A stretch of 64,000 bases of DNA. Source: a virus. The notes beneath the pieces were generated by a model. That model ran no database searches. It was not told where the DNA came from and saw only the letters and a list, made by a program, of their open reading frames with translations. The stretch lies in IMG/VR virus record IMGVR_UViG_3300012667_000235, positions 330-64,329 of that record; one strand, written 5' to 3'. Below are positions 17,432 to 27,700 of the stretch, in pieces; the stretch's first letter is position 1, and each line of letters opens with the position of its first letter. The translations under genes were made by a program, and so were the position numbers.

Positions 17432-18649
17432 ATGGCAATTTCTAAAGCAGTCGCTAAACAGGTGGCTATTAAGCAAGAAACTACTTACGGTACACTAGCT
17501 GGTACTACTGGTGGTCGTTTACTTCGTCGCGTAACTTCTAACTTCAACCTAGTTAAAGATACATATTCTTCAAATGAAGTTCGTACTGATTACCAAGTTG
17601 CTGACTTCCGTCACGGTGTGCGTTCAGCCGAAGGTACAGTATCTGGTGAGTTTTCTCCCGGTTCTTATTCTGATCTATTTGCTGCTGCTCTAGCCAAGGA
17701 TTTCGTTGCTGGTGTAGCTATTACAGGTGCGGCTATTACCGTAGCAGCTTCTGCTTCTCAATATACACTAACTCGCGGTGCAGGTTCATATCTAACTGAT
17801 GGTTTCAAAGTTGGTGATGTTATTCGCATTACTGCTGCTACTGGTCTAAATGCAGATTGCTTGAATAAGAATCTACTTATCACCGCTCTAACTGCTACTG
17901 TAGCTACCGTATCTGTTCTAAATGGTTCTACAATGACCCCTGCTGCTGGTACTGCTGTATCTGTAAGTGTAACTGGTAAGAAAACATTCATTCCTCAAAC
18001 TGGTCATACTTCACGCTCATTTACTGTTGAAGAGTGGTATTCTGATATTGCTCAATCTGAAGTATTCACTGGTTGCAAAGTAAATACCATTGGTATTAAG
18101 ATTCCTGCTACTGGTATGTCAACCCTTGATATTGGTTTCATGGGTAAAGATTTAGCACAAACAGGTACTACTCAATACTTCACAACTCCGACAGCACTAG
18201 GTACTTCTGGTGTGTTCGCTGGCGTTAATGGTGTGGTTGTTTTCAACGGTACTCCTGTAGCTGTTATTACTGATGCATCCGTCAATATTAATCGTAATAT
18301 TGCTAGTGCTACCGTGCTAGGTTCTAACTCTGTTGCTGAATCTTTTGATGGTAAAGCAGACGTAAGCGGTACAATCAGCCTATACTTTACGGATGCTGTT
18401 GCTAAAGATGCATTCAAGAATGAAACCGAAGTTTCTCTAGTATTTACACTAACTGCTACTAATACCGCTACTTCTGATTTCGTAAGTGTAACGATTCCTC
18501 GTGCAAAGCTAAATTCTGCTGGTAAGTCAGAATCTGATGCTGGTATCACAATGTCTTGTGATTTCGTAGCTCTACTAGCTACTGCAGGTGGTGCAGGTAC
18601 TGCTTCCGAACTGTCTACAATCGTAGTACAAGATTCTGTAGCTGTTTAA
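17432..18649 (+). CDS. major tail (tube) protein with C-terminal Ig-like extension
   Basis: 405 aa. Sits upstream of the chaperone pair and tape measure. Followed by a strong terminator and promoter. Confidence 0.6.
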   Translation: MAISKAVAKQVAIKQETTYGTLAGTTGGRLLRRVTSNFNLVKDTYSSNEVRTDYQVADFRHGVRSAEGTVSGEFSPGSYSDLFAAALAKDFVAGVAITGAAITVAASASQYTLTRGAGSYLTDGFKVGDVIRITAATGLNADCLNKNLLITALTATVATVSVLNGSTMTPAAGTAVSVSVTGKKTFIPQTGHTSRSFTVEEWYSDIAQSEVFTGCKVNTIGIKIPATGMSTLDIGFMGKDLAQTGTTQYFTTPTALGTSGVFAGVNGVVVFNGTPVAVITDASVNINRNIASATVLGSNSVAESFDGKADVSGTISLYFTDAVAKDAFKNETEVSLVFTLTATNTATSDFVSVTIPRAKLNSAGKSESDAGITMSCDFVALLATAGGAGTASELSTIVVQDSVAV

Positions 18650-18670
18650 TCTAGTAATTAATTAAAGTTG

Positions 18671-18708
18671 ACCCTGTAGCTGAAAGGCTGCAGGGTTTTC
18701 TTTTTTAT
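18671..18708 (+). terminator. rho-independent terminator
   Basis: 10-bp stem ACCCTGTAGC/GCTGCAGGGT with loop TGAAAG, followed by TTTCTTTTTTAT. Confidence 0.65.
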
Positions 18709-18720
18709 ATTATCGTTGCC

Positions 18721-18749
18721 TTGACAATACAGTTTTTGTATGATAAAAT
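18721..18749 (+). promoter_or_regulatory. sigma70-type promoter (TTGACA-17-TAAAAT)
   Basis: -35 TTGACA at 18721-18726, 17-nt spacer, -10 TAAAAT at 18744-18749. Shares the extended upstream motif ATCGTT(A/G)CCTTGACAA with the 11946 promoter. Confidence 0.5.
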
Positions 18750-18830
18750 AGATTTTGGTTAGGTTAAATATAACCTATTTATTAATGTTAACTAAGGAAG
18801 TATTATGTACTTTCTGATTGAAAGGAAATT

Positions 18831-19244
18831 ATGTCATTTGATTTAATTAAACAAGATTTTTCTAAAGCTGCAGAACAAGGTTATACTTTTGAACTAGTTC
18901 TACCAACTGGTGCCCCCTCTGGCGCTAAACTAACTATTGTTGGTGATATGTCACCTGTAGTAAAAACGTATTCTCGCCGCAAGTTTTCAGAGTGGCAACA
19001 AAAGCAAGCTATTGCTAAACGCAAGGGCAAAGATACTGATGATATCAGCCTAGATGAAGCTGAAGATATGGCAGTAGAATCTGCTCTAGTTCGTCTAATT
19101 AATTGGGACGGTATTACCGAAGATGGTAAATCCGTTGCATTCTCAAAAGAAAAAGCAGAAGCTGTATTGAAAGCTCATCCTTGGATTCGGGAAGCTATCA
19201 TGCAGGAGGCGAGTGACATTACAAATTTTCAGCCGAAGAATTAG
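18831..19244 (+). CDS. tail assembly chaperone (G-like)
   Basis: 137 aa upstream of the tape measure. Ends just after a slippery heptamer. Confidence 0.6.
   Translation: MSFDLIKQDFSKAAEQGYTFELVLPTGAPSGAKLTIVGDMSPVVKTYSRRKFSEWQQKQAIAKRKGKDTDDISLDEAEDMAVESALVRLINWDGITEDGKSVAFSKEKAEAVLKAHPWIREAIMQEASDITNFQPKN
19223..19229 (+). other. candidate -1 programmed ribosomal frameshift site A_AAT_TTT
   Basis: X_XXY_YYZ heptamer in the zero frame 15 nt before the G stop. The -1 frame is open from here into ORF 19301..19597. Confidence 0.5.
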
Positions 19245-19300
19245 AGCAAGCAATAGCCTACGTTAAGCAAGAGTTTAATTTAGGCTCTGGTTCTAATTCA

Positions 19301-19597
19301 TTGAAGGCTAAGTTAGAAAGTGTCCAAAGACAAACAGGAATTAGACCAAAAGAACTTGATGAGTTAATTACAATGCCTGAAGTATTTTCCTTACTATGGA
19401 TGGACTTCAGAGCATTAGATTCGGCTAGATCATCAAACGGTTATGGCGCTAATCCTATAAGTTTCTCTGAAATACAAGCTTATTGCAAGATGATGGAAAT
19501 AGAGTTACAACCTTGGGAAATAGAAATAATAAAAGTTTTTGATGTAACTTTATTAAATCTACAAGCTGAGAAAGCAGCAAGAGAACTTAATAAATAA
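19301..19597 (+). CDS. tail assembly chaperone frameshift extension (G-T-like); no own ATG, TTG in ORF track
   Basis: Frame is -1 relative to 18831..19244. Continuous reading frame from the slippery site. Confidence 0.5.
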   Translation: MKAKLESVQRQTGIRPKELDELITMPEVFSLLWMDFRALDSARSSNGYGANPISFSEIQAYCKMMEIELQPWEIEIIKVFDVTLLNLQAEKAARELNK

Positions 19598-19599
19598 AT

Positions 19600-19627
19600 A
19601 GCCCTATCTTTTAGGGCTTTCTTTTTA
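19600..19627 (+). terminator. rho-independent terminator
   Basis: AGCCCT-atctttt-AGGGCT followed by TTCTTTTT. Confidence 0.55.
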
Positions 19628-19683
19628 AGTGTTCTGTAAAGAGTCCTTAACAAGAAACAAAATATAACACAAAGAGGTTACAA

Positions 19684-22600
19684 ATGGAGCTAACAGAATT
19701 AGTCTTTCAAGTAAATACAGATGCATTAGAAAAGGCTGTTGGTTTACTTAAAGAAGTAGAAAAGTCAACTGCCGATTTAGGTAAAGCACAAGCTATACAA
19801 GAAGATTCAGCTAAGAAGTCAGCTAAGTCACAGAAAGATGTAAACAAGGCTACTGAAGAAGCTACTGATAAAATGTCTCCTTTAGAGAAGCTATTGGAGA
19901 AGCTAAAGAATCAATACGGTGATCTAGTATCTGGTTTTACTAAAGGTGAAGCTGCTATTCTGCAACAAGCCCGTAGTTTCGGTGCTGCAGAAGAAGGATT
20001 GAAGCCGTTCATAGCTGAGTTACAAAAGATTAAAGAACTTACCAAAGACCCATTTGATGCGTCTGTTGGTGCTATCCGTAGTGTAACTGCTGAGTTTGAA
20101 AAACTAAATCAACGTGCAGTATTAGCTGAACAAGGTATTTCTTTAAGTACAAAACAACTAGGTGAGTTTAGTAGAATTGCCGCTGAAACTCGTGGTATTG
20201 TTGAGAAGATGGGTTTTGATCCAACACAAGGTGCAGGATTAGAACAGTATAATAGGCTTCTAGCTGAGAATCAACAAAAGTATTTAAGTACTGCCGCTGC
20301 GGTAAATGCATTACAAGAGCAAGAACGTCAACGTAATAATGTTCTAAAAGAACAGGAACGTAATAACATTGCACTACAACGTGCGAATGCATCAATGATG
20401 AATGATGCAGTTAGTGCCTTCCGTAATGCTGAAAATGAAAAAGCTGTTGCTGTAGCTAGAAGAATGCAGACAGAAGCTACCATGAATAATGGTGCAGTAG
20501 ATTTATACAAAAGCTATCAGTTACAAAAGATGCAGACTGAAACTACTATGATGGATCAAGCATTGATATTATTTAAAGAAGCTCAGTTTCAAAAATTAGA
20601 AGCTGAATCTAAAATGATGAATGATGCTGTTGATCTGTATAGAAAGAGCGAAAACGAAAAACGTAAAGCTTTTGAAGATAGAATGAGAGCCGAAGCTACT
20701 ATGATGGATCAGGCGGTTTCATTATATTACAAGAAACAGCAACAAGGTAGTACTTCAGGTAATTCAAACGATGCGAGTATTCGTCAGCAAGCTCAATCTG
20801 TAAAATGGTTAGCTAATGAAGAAGCTAAAATGATTTCCGTAGTGAATTCATTGAACACTGCTCAAAATGATGGTAATGCTATCCATGAAAAAGCTGCTCG
20901 TTCAATTGCCAATTATGAACGTCATTTACGTCAAGCTGGTGTTAGTGGGCAAGAAGCTGCAGATAAACTAAAACTTTATAAAGATCAACAGTTACAGATT
21001 CAAAAGGTTGAACAGTCTAATCAGACTAAATTCCTAACTCGTGCATTACAACCTCAGATTGGTGACGTTGCGGTTTCACTTGCTTCTGGTCAGAATCCTT
21101 TAACAGTAATGTTACAACAGGGTGATCAGATTCGTGGTCTAATTGCTCAATCTGGTGTAGCTGGTGACGAATTACGTAAGGTAATGAAAAATGCCTTCTC
21201 CGAGACATTGAAGAGTATTAAGGATACGTCCTTTGCTATGTTAGATGTTTTCGGTGGTGCTCTAAAATCAACTGGTGCTAGTATTATTGGTCTATTAGTT
21301 GAACCAGCCAAAGCATTCGGTACAGCTTTTGCACAATCATTTAATAATGGTGCATCTGTTGCTAGTAGTTTTGGTGATGCGTTATCTTCTGCTTTTTCAG
21401 CAAGTAGAACTGCGGCACTATCCGCTTTACCTGTATTAATTGGTTCAAGTATTATTGCGTTAGGTACACTTGGTGTTGCATTATATCAAGTATCAAAGCA
21501 AGAAGATTTACTAAGTAAGTCATTAATATTAAGTGGTGGTTCACTTGGTTTAAATAAAGATTCTGCTATCGAGTATGCTACATCTTTAAATGCCGTTGGT
21601 ATAAGTACAAGTAAAGCTATTGATGTTATTACAGCAATGGCAAATACTGGAAACTTTGCCGCAGAAGAAATTGATCTTGTTGCTACTGCTGCTGTGAAAA
21701 TGCAACGTGAAGCTGGTGTAGCAATTGCAGATACTGTAAAACAGTTTTCAAAACTAAAAGAAAAACCTGTAGACGCAATTATTGAATTAGCTATCGCTAG
21801 TGGTAGAATCGCGCCTTCTGTTGTCGATGCTGTTGCAGCATTAGCGGAACAAGGTAAACAAGCTGATGCAGTTGCATTAGCTATGAAAGCTGCTGCTGAT
21901 GTGCAAGTTCAACAAGCTGAGAGAATTCGTGGTGAATATAGTGCATTAGGTAGTGTAATTGCATGGTTTGGTAAAACATGGACTGACGTTTGGGATGGTA
22001 TTAAAGGTACTCAATATAAGACACCTATCAAAGACCAACTAACTGACCAACTAAAGAATGCTCAGAATCAACTAGCCAGTATGAGTAAATCATCTATGTT
22101 AGGTGTTAAAGACGCTTCCAATGACCCTGCTATTCAAAAGCAGAAAGAACTAATAGCTTCACTCTCTAAGAGATTACTACTATTAGATAAAACTGCTCAA
22201 GAGGAAGCTGATCTAACACGATCTAGTTCTGAAGCTGCTCAACAAAAACAAGCTCACTTAAAGTTAGCTAATGAATATAGTGAAAAAGAAAATAAACTAT
22301 TAGCGGATAAGTTTACTAGACAAGAAGCTATTGCAGACGCTATCCGAAAAGCTAATAAAGAATTAGCTAAATCTGGTGGTTCTTTATCTGAAGAAGAAAC
22401 ACAAAGAATCACAAAGGTAACTGGTCAAGAATTTGATAAGAAGCAATCTAAGAAAACTAAGAAAGAGGATGATAAAAAGCAGAGAGATTTAAATGCTGCT
22501 ATGGAGCGTTATAACGATATTATGAACGAATCACAAGATTATAGTTCATCTTGGAATAACGATATAGCTGCACTTGATCTACTTCTAAAAGAAGGTAAGA

Positions 22601-23892
22601 AAACTCAAGAAGAATATAATACTGCTAGGGCTGCTTTATTTGAACAGCAGCCTTATGCTAAGAAGTATTATAAAGAACAAGCTGATGCCCAAAAGGAACT
22701 CACCGATAATCAAAAGCTAGTTAATGATTTGATTGGTAAGGGTGATGATCTTGGAAAGCAGTATAACTCCACAATGGCTAAATTAGTAGCGTTGAAGGGT
22801 AAGCCGGGAATTAATCCCGAAGACTTAGAAGCTGCAATTAAAGCTCTAGAGAAATCAACTCCTGCTGCTAAAGCATACCAAAAGGTACTTGAAGATTATG
22901 CTACCACAATGGATAAGGTTGCCTTATCTCGCAATGAAGTAGCTAATGCATATTCAGGTGACTTTGTTGTTGAAACTCAAAAGGCATCATTAGAATCATA
23001 TAATAAATATATGAAGTCTTCTTCTGAAGCTGAAATTGAATACAGAAAGAATATTTCTGAAATCAAGGGTGATAAAGAAACCAAAGAATATAAAGATTCC
23101 GTAGTCAAATATAAAGAAATGGCTGATGCTAAAAAGCGGTTAGCTCAAGAAATATATGATCGTGAAACTTATCTACAGTCCGATACATACAAGTTATATG
23201 CTGCAGGTTTCTCTGCACTACAAACTTTAGCTACCGACATGGGTAAGATGGTAACGGATCAGTTTATAAGCTTTATGGTTGATGGTAAAGAATCATTTGG
23301 TGAAGTATCAAAGTCTTTCGGTAGAATGGTTACTTCCATGATTGCTGATTTGATTCGTCTACGTATTCAAAAGCAAGTAACTGGTTTATTTGATCAATTG
23401 ATTGGTGTAGGTGTTCAGGCAATAACTAAGATGGCTACACCCGCTAATGCTAATACAACCATACCGATGCAAGCTGGAGGTGGATATGCTAACGGTGGAG
23501 CATTCGCAAATGGTGTAGAAATGTTTGCCAATGGTGGTGCTTTCACAAACTCCATTGTAGACTCTCCAACGCTGTTTAAATTCGCTAATGGGACAGGTCT
23601 AATGGGTGAGGCTGGAGCCGAAGCAATCATGCCTCTAAAGCGCGATTCAAGCGGTTCTCTAGGTGTTGTAGCTCAACTCCAAGGTGCTAACTCTGGTGCT
23701 ACGTCCATTGTTGTTAATAACTTTGGAAGTGAAAAAGCTACGGCTACTGAATCTGTAGATTCAAGAGGTAATCGCAGAATTGAAGTTACTATTGGTGAAG
23801 CAGTTTCTGGTGAAATGGCTAGAAGCGGAAGTTCTATCCAAAGGACAATGACAAGCACATACGGTATGCGTCCTCAATTAATTAGACGTTAA
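19684..23892 (+). CDS. tail tape measure protein
   Basis: 1402 aa, alpha-helical. Internal about 21-aa repeats (EATMMDQA..LY). Hydrophobic central segment. Gly-rich C-terminus (ANGGAFANG). Confidence 0.9.
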   Translation: MELTELVFQVNTDALEKAVGLLKEVEKSTADLGKAQAIQEDSAKKSAKSQKDVNKATEEATDKMSPLEKLLEKLKNQYGDLVSGFTKGEAAILQQARSFGAAEEGLKPFIAELQKIKELTKDPFDASVGAIRSVTAEFEKLNQRAVLAEQGISLSTKQLGEFSRIAAETRGIVEKMGFDPTQGAGLEQYNRLLAENQQKYLSTAAAVNALQEQERQRNNVLKEQERNNIALQRANASMMNDAVSAFRNAENEKAVAVARRMQTEATMNNGAVDLYKSYQLQKMQTETTMMDQALILFKEAQFQKLEAESKMMNDAVDLYRKSENEKRKAFEDRMRAEATMMDQAVSLYYKKQQQGSTSGNSNDASIRQQAQSVKWLANEEAKMISVVNSLNTAQNDGNAIHEKAARSIANYERHLRQAGVSGQEAADKLKLYKDQQLQIQKVEQSNQTKFLTRALQPQIGDVAVSLASGQNPLTVMLQQGDQIRGLIAQSGVAGDELRKVMKNAFSETLKSIKDTSFAMLDVFGGALKSTGASIIGLLVEPAKAFGTAFAQSFNNGASVASSFGDALSSAFSASRTAALSALPVLIGSSIIALGTLGVALYQVSKQEDLLSKSLILSGGSLGLNKDSAIEYATSLNAVGISTSKAIDVITAMANTGNFAAEEIDLVATAAVKMQREAGVAIADTVKQFSKLKEKPVDAIIELAIASGRIAPSVVDAVAALAEQGKQADAVALAMKAAADVQVQQAERIRGEYSALGSVIAWFGKTWTDVWDGIKGTQYKTPIKDQLTDQLKNAQNQLASMSKSSMLGVKDASNDPAIQKQKELIASLSKRLLLLDKTAQEEADLTRSSSEAAQQKQAHLKLANEYSEKENKLLADKFTRQEAIADAIRKANKELAKSGGSLSEEETQRITKVTGQEFDKKQSKKTKKEDDKKQRDLNAAMERYNDIMNESQDYSSSWNNDIAALDLLLKEGKKTQEEYNTARAALFEQQPYAKKYYKEQADAQKELTDNQKLVNDLIGKGDDLGKQYNSTMAKLVALKGKPGINPEDLEAAIKALEKSTPAAKAYQKVLEDYATTMDKVALSRNEVANAYSGDFVVETQKASLESYNKYMKSSSEAEIEYRKNISEIKGDKETKEYKDSVVKYKEMADAKKRLAQEIYDRETYLQSDTYKLYAAGFSALQTLATDMGKMVTDQFISFMVDGKESFGEVSKSFGRMVTSMIADLIRLRIQKQVTGLFDQLIGVGVQAITKMATPANANTTIPMQAGGGYANGGAFANGVEMFANGGAFTNSIVDSPTLFKFANGTGLMGEAGAEAIMPLKRDSSGSLGVVAQLQGANSGATSIVVNNFGSEKATATESVDSRGNRRIEVTIGEAVSGEMARSGSSIQRTMTSTYGMRPQLIRR

Positions 23893-23923
23893 GGAGATAA
23901 TCATAGCTTACGCATATACATGG

Positions 23924-24268
23924 TTGGGTACGTTACCTCAAACGCCAAATATTGACTATACAGAAACTGGCGGTGTAAATATTATCCGTACTACGATGGA
24001 CGCTGGCCCTTCTAAAATGCGGAGAAGAGGTAATAAACCTCAAACCTTGAATATGTCATTTACGATGACACCTTCACAACTTGTTATCTTTGAAGATTTT
24101 GTAAAAAATACTTTAAAAGGTACAGCTAGGTTTGGGTTTACACATCCACGTACAGGTTCTGTTATCGAAGCTAGATTAGTACCTCAATCTACTGGTGATC
24201 TTTATACGATTAGTTATATTAACCCTATCAGATATAATGTTTCTCTGCAGATGGAGGTACTACCATGA
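23924..24268 (+). CDS. minor tail protein (lambda gpM-like position)
   Basis: 114 aa immediately after the tape measure. Confidence 0.45.
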   Translation: MGTLPQTPNIDYTETGGVNIIRTTMDAGPSKMRRRGNKPQTLNMSFTMTPSQLVIFEDFVKNTLKGTARFGFTHPRTGSVIEARLVPQSTGDLYTISYINPIRYNVSLQMEVLP

Positions 24269-24786
24269 GTCGTTTAACTTCTATGAGTCCAGCAGCATTA
24301 CGTGCTGTTTTTTCTCCAGAAGCTGATGCAGACTTAATTATGTTACTGACAGTATATGACCCTGCCAATTCTTCTACAGTAGTAGCAAGATTGGCAGATG
24401 GTTATACGCAGCGAATTAGTGAAACGGATGATGACGTTGCATATGGTGTTATCAGTCGAACTAATAGTTTTATTTTTCTTCCTATGGAAATTACATTACC
24501 AACAGAAGAAGAAGCCCAAGCTCCAAAGTGCAGTTTGGTATTGCATGATGTAACAAGATATATTACACCACTAATTAGAAATCTGAGCGGCCCACCAAGT
24601 GTAAAGCTTGAACTAGTATTATCAAGTACACCTGATACTGTAGAGGCTTCTTTTAGTGATTTTTATTTAACAAGTATCACATATAGTGCAGAATCTGTGT
24701 CTGCTCAATTAATGATGATTGACTATGAGCGCGAAGGATTTCCAATGCACTCATTTACCCCTGCTTTATTTCCGGGATTATTCTAA
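24265..24786 (+). CDS. minor tail protein (lambda gpL-like position)
   Basis: 173 aa. Start overlaps the previous stop (ATGA). Confidence 0.45.
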   Translation: MSRLTSMSPAALRAVFSPEADADLIMLLTVYDPANSSTVVARLADGYTQRISETDDDVAYGVISRTNSFIFLPMEITLPTEEEAQAPKCSLVLHDVTRYITPLIRNLSGPPSVKLELVLSSTPDTVEASFSDFYLTSITYSAESVSAQLMMIDYEREGFPMHSFTPALFPGLF

Positions 24787-27700
24787 ATGCAAATTCAACC
24801 TACTGATAACAACAAATTACAAAATATAGAAACTGAGAAATACATTGGTATTCCCTACGTTGTTAACGGTAGGGATTTTACTGGTGTTGACTGCTACGGT
24901 TTAGTAAGATTAATATATAAAGAAGAATTAGGTATTGATTTACCTAGCTTCGTAGAAGAAGACGTTAATCCTGACCGTACACAGGAATTAATCTCTCAAT
25001 ATAAAGAAGGTTGGGAACAAACTGAGAAGATTTCTGCTGGTGATGTAATTGTCTTCAGAATTAAAGGTATAGAATCTCACATTGCAATTGCAGTTAGCCC
25101 TACTCATTTTCTTCATGCTCGTGAAGGTAGTGATTCTGCTATTGAATCTTTTTCTAGTCACAAGTGGAAAACAAGATTAGTAGGAAGTTTTAAATATAGT
25201 CCAGCAAAATCAGTTGTATTAAATGGTTTACCACACCCATTAAGAACTGAAAGAATTACCACAGCTATACCTCCGGGTGTAAATGTAATTCAACTTCAAG
25301 ATTGGATTGTAAAAGAATATAATGTAAGACCTGAACTAAAGCCCTATATCAAAGTTCTTGTAAATGGAGTCCCGATTCCAGATGCAATGAAAGAAAGTAC
25401 AATCCTACAAGATAATGATTGTGTAGAATATAGAGTATTAGCACGAGGTGATAATCCTTTACGTACATTATTAACTGTTGCTGTTGTCGTTGGTGTTGCA
25501 ATGGCAACAGGGCCGGGAGGTTTTGCGGCTGGTTGGGGATCATCTGTAGGTTCTGCATTAGGTATTGGTACTAGCGCAGGTACAGCTTTAGTGAGTATTG
25601 GACTCACGGCAGTTGGAATGTCACTAGTTAATGCCATTGCACCTGTTAGAATGCCTTCAGAACTTCTTGGTCGTGACCCCGGTTCTGCTGAACGACAATT
25701 GATGGTAACTGGTGGTAATAATCAGGTTACTCAATATGGATCGATACCTTTTGTATTAGGTAAAGTAAGATTAACCCCTCCACTTGGAGCAAATAGTTAT
25801 TCATTATTTAATGCAGATGGTACTGAATCATATTTACGTATGCTATTGGTATGGGGATATGGCCCATTATCTATTGATGAGTCAACTCTTAAAATTGGTG
25901 AATTAAATATAAATAAGGTAGGTACATATAATGTAGTTACTAATTTATGCACAGTTGGATGCACATCACACGGTTTATCTGCTGGTACAGAACGACTTAT
26001 ACAATTTACATCTGGAACAGCTACGTCTGGTGTATATAAAATATTATCTACTACGACTGACAGTTTTACATTTAACATAAGTGCAGCTAACACCTCTGGT
26101 AATTGTCTTGTATATCATACATATGAAGGTATTAATCAAAAAACACTAAGTAGAATTGTAGAACCAACCCCAACAGAACTATCAACATTTAATGGCTTAT
26201 ATGGTAAGGATGTTACACAGGTTATATCTAATATTGAATTATCAGCAGACGGAGTAGCTGGATCAGCAATTACAGGGCCGTGGATAAATGCTGTGTCAAC
26301 GGATGGTTCTGCTAGTGATTTCACAGTAGCTATTCATTTCCCACAAGGTTGTCGTAAAATTATATCAAAAGGTGCAGAAGCGGGTGCTAGTGCTGCTGCA
26401 CCTGTTTCAATAGAACTTGAATATAAAACCTTAAGTGCCGTTACTTGGATTTCTGCCGGTACTACTATAATTGGTAGCACACCAGCAAAAGATGCTTTCA
26501 CAAAAATTATTAAAATAACATACCAAGCATCTGAAAATGTACAAGTAAGAGTGCGGAGATTAACCGGAACAGGTAATACAGCCCCTGCCGATGTTGATTT
26601 CCAATGGTTATTTAATAGTGTTTTATTAAATACAACTTTCTCTAGAAATGCATCACCTGCTATAGACCCTGTTAATTGTAAGATTGCTAAAACAGCTTTT
26701 GAAATAAAAGCCTCAGATCAACTTAACAGTCAAATCGAAGGTATTAATGCTATTGTAACTAGTTATGGTAAAATTTGGAATGGTACGACTTGGGTAGATG
26801 GTGCAACTAATAATCCAGCATCTTTGTTTAGGCTGGTATTAGAGCACCCCGCAAACCCAAGAAGAATTACAGATGCTGCATCTAAAATTGATCTTATTCA
26901 ATTACAGTATTGGTATGATTATTGCGTATCTAAGGGCTTTACCTACAATTCTATTGTAGGTGCTACAAGGTCTGTATTAGAAGTTTTAAGAGATATTTGT
27001 GCAGCAGGTAGAGCTAGTCCAGCCATGATTGACGGCAAATGGACAGTTGTTATTGATGAGCCAAAACTAAATGTAGTACAACATTTTACTCCACACAATT
27101 CGTGGGGATTTGAAGGTACTAAGTCACTACCTAAGATACCAGATGGTTTACGAGTAAATTTCATCAATGAAGATAAATCATATCAACAAGATGAAACAAT
27201 TGTATACGCTACTGCTAGTTCTCAGAGTAGTGCTGCTCTATTAGAAAATATATCTGTTCCCGGTGTTACTAAACTAGCTCAAGCTCAAGATCACGCCCGT
27301 TGGCATATGGCTCAAGCTAAACTTCGCCCTGAAAAATATACATTAAATACTGATATTGAATACTTGGTGTGTAACCGTGGTGATAGAGTCAAAGTACTAC
27401 ACGATGTACCAATGTGGGGATTAGGTTCTGGTAGAATTAAAAACATAGTTGGTTCCATATATTATTTGGATGAATCTATACCAATGGTTGCTAATACTTC
27501 ATATACAATGCGAGTAAGAAGTAAAACCGGATCATCTATAGTAAGAACTACAGTTGCAAAATCATCAGATGGTTACTATGATAATGTAGAATTTACTGTT
27601 CCAGCCTCTACATTAGAAGTAGATAGTGGTGATTTATTCTTATTTGGATCATTAAATTCAGAATCACAAGATTGTCTTGTATTGAATATAGAACCAATGG

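Noticed and set aside
13492-18549. Antisense ORFs inside scaffold, decoration, capsid and major tail genes (13492..13683, 14228..14425, 14455..14778, 17758..17991, 18172..18549)
   Set aside because: They are entirely embedded antisense to well-supported, highly expressed structural genes. They have an Ala/Ser/Val-rich composition typical of a shadow frame.
20168-23858. Several 60-75-aa ORFs antisense to the tape measure gene
   Set aside because: Shadow ORFs of a long helical gene. No independent support.
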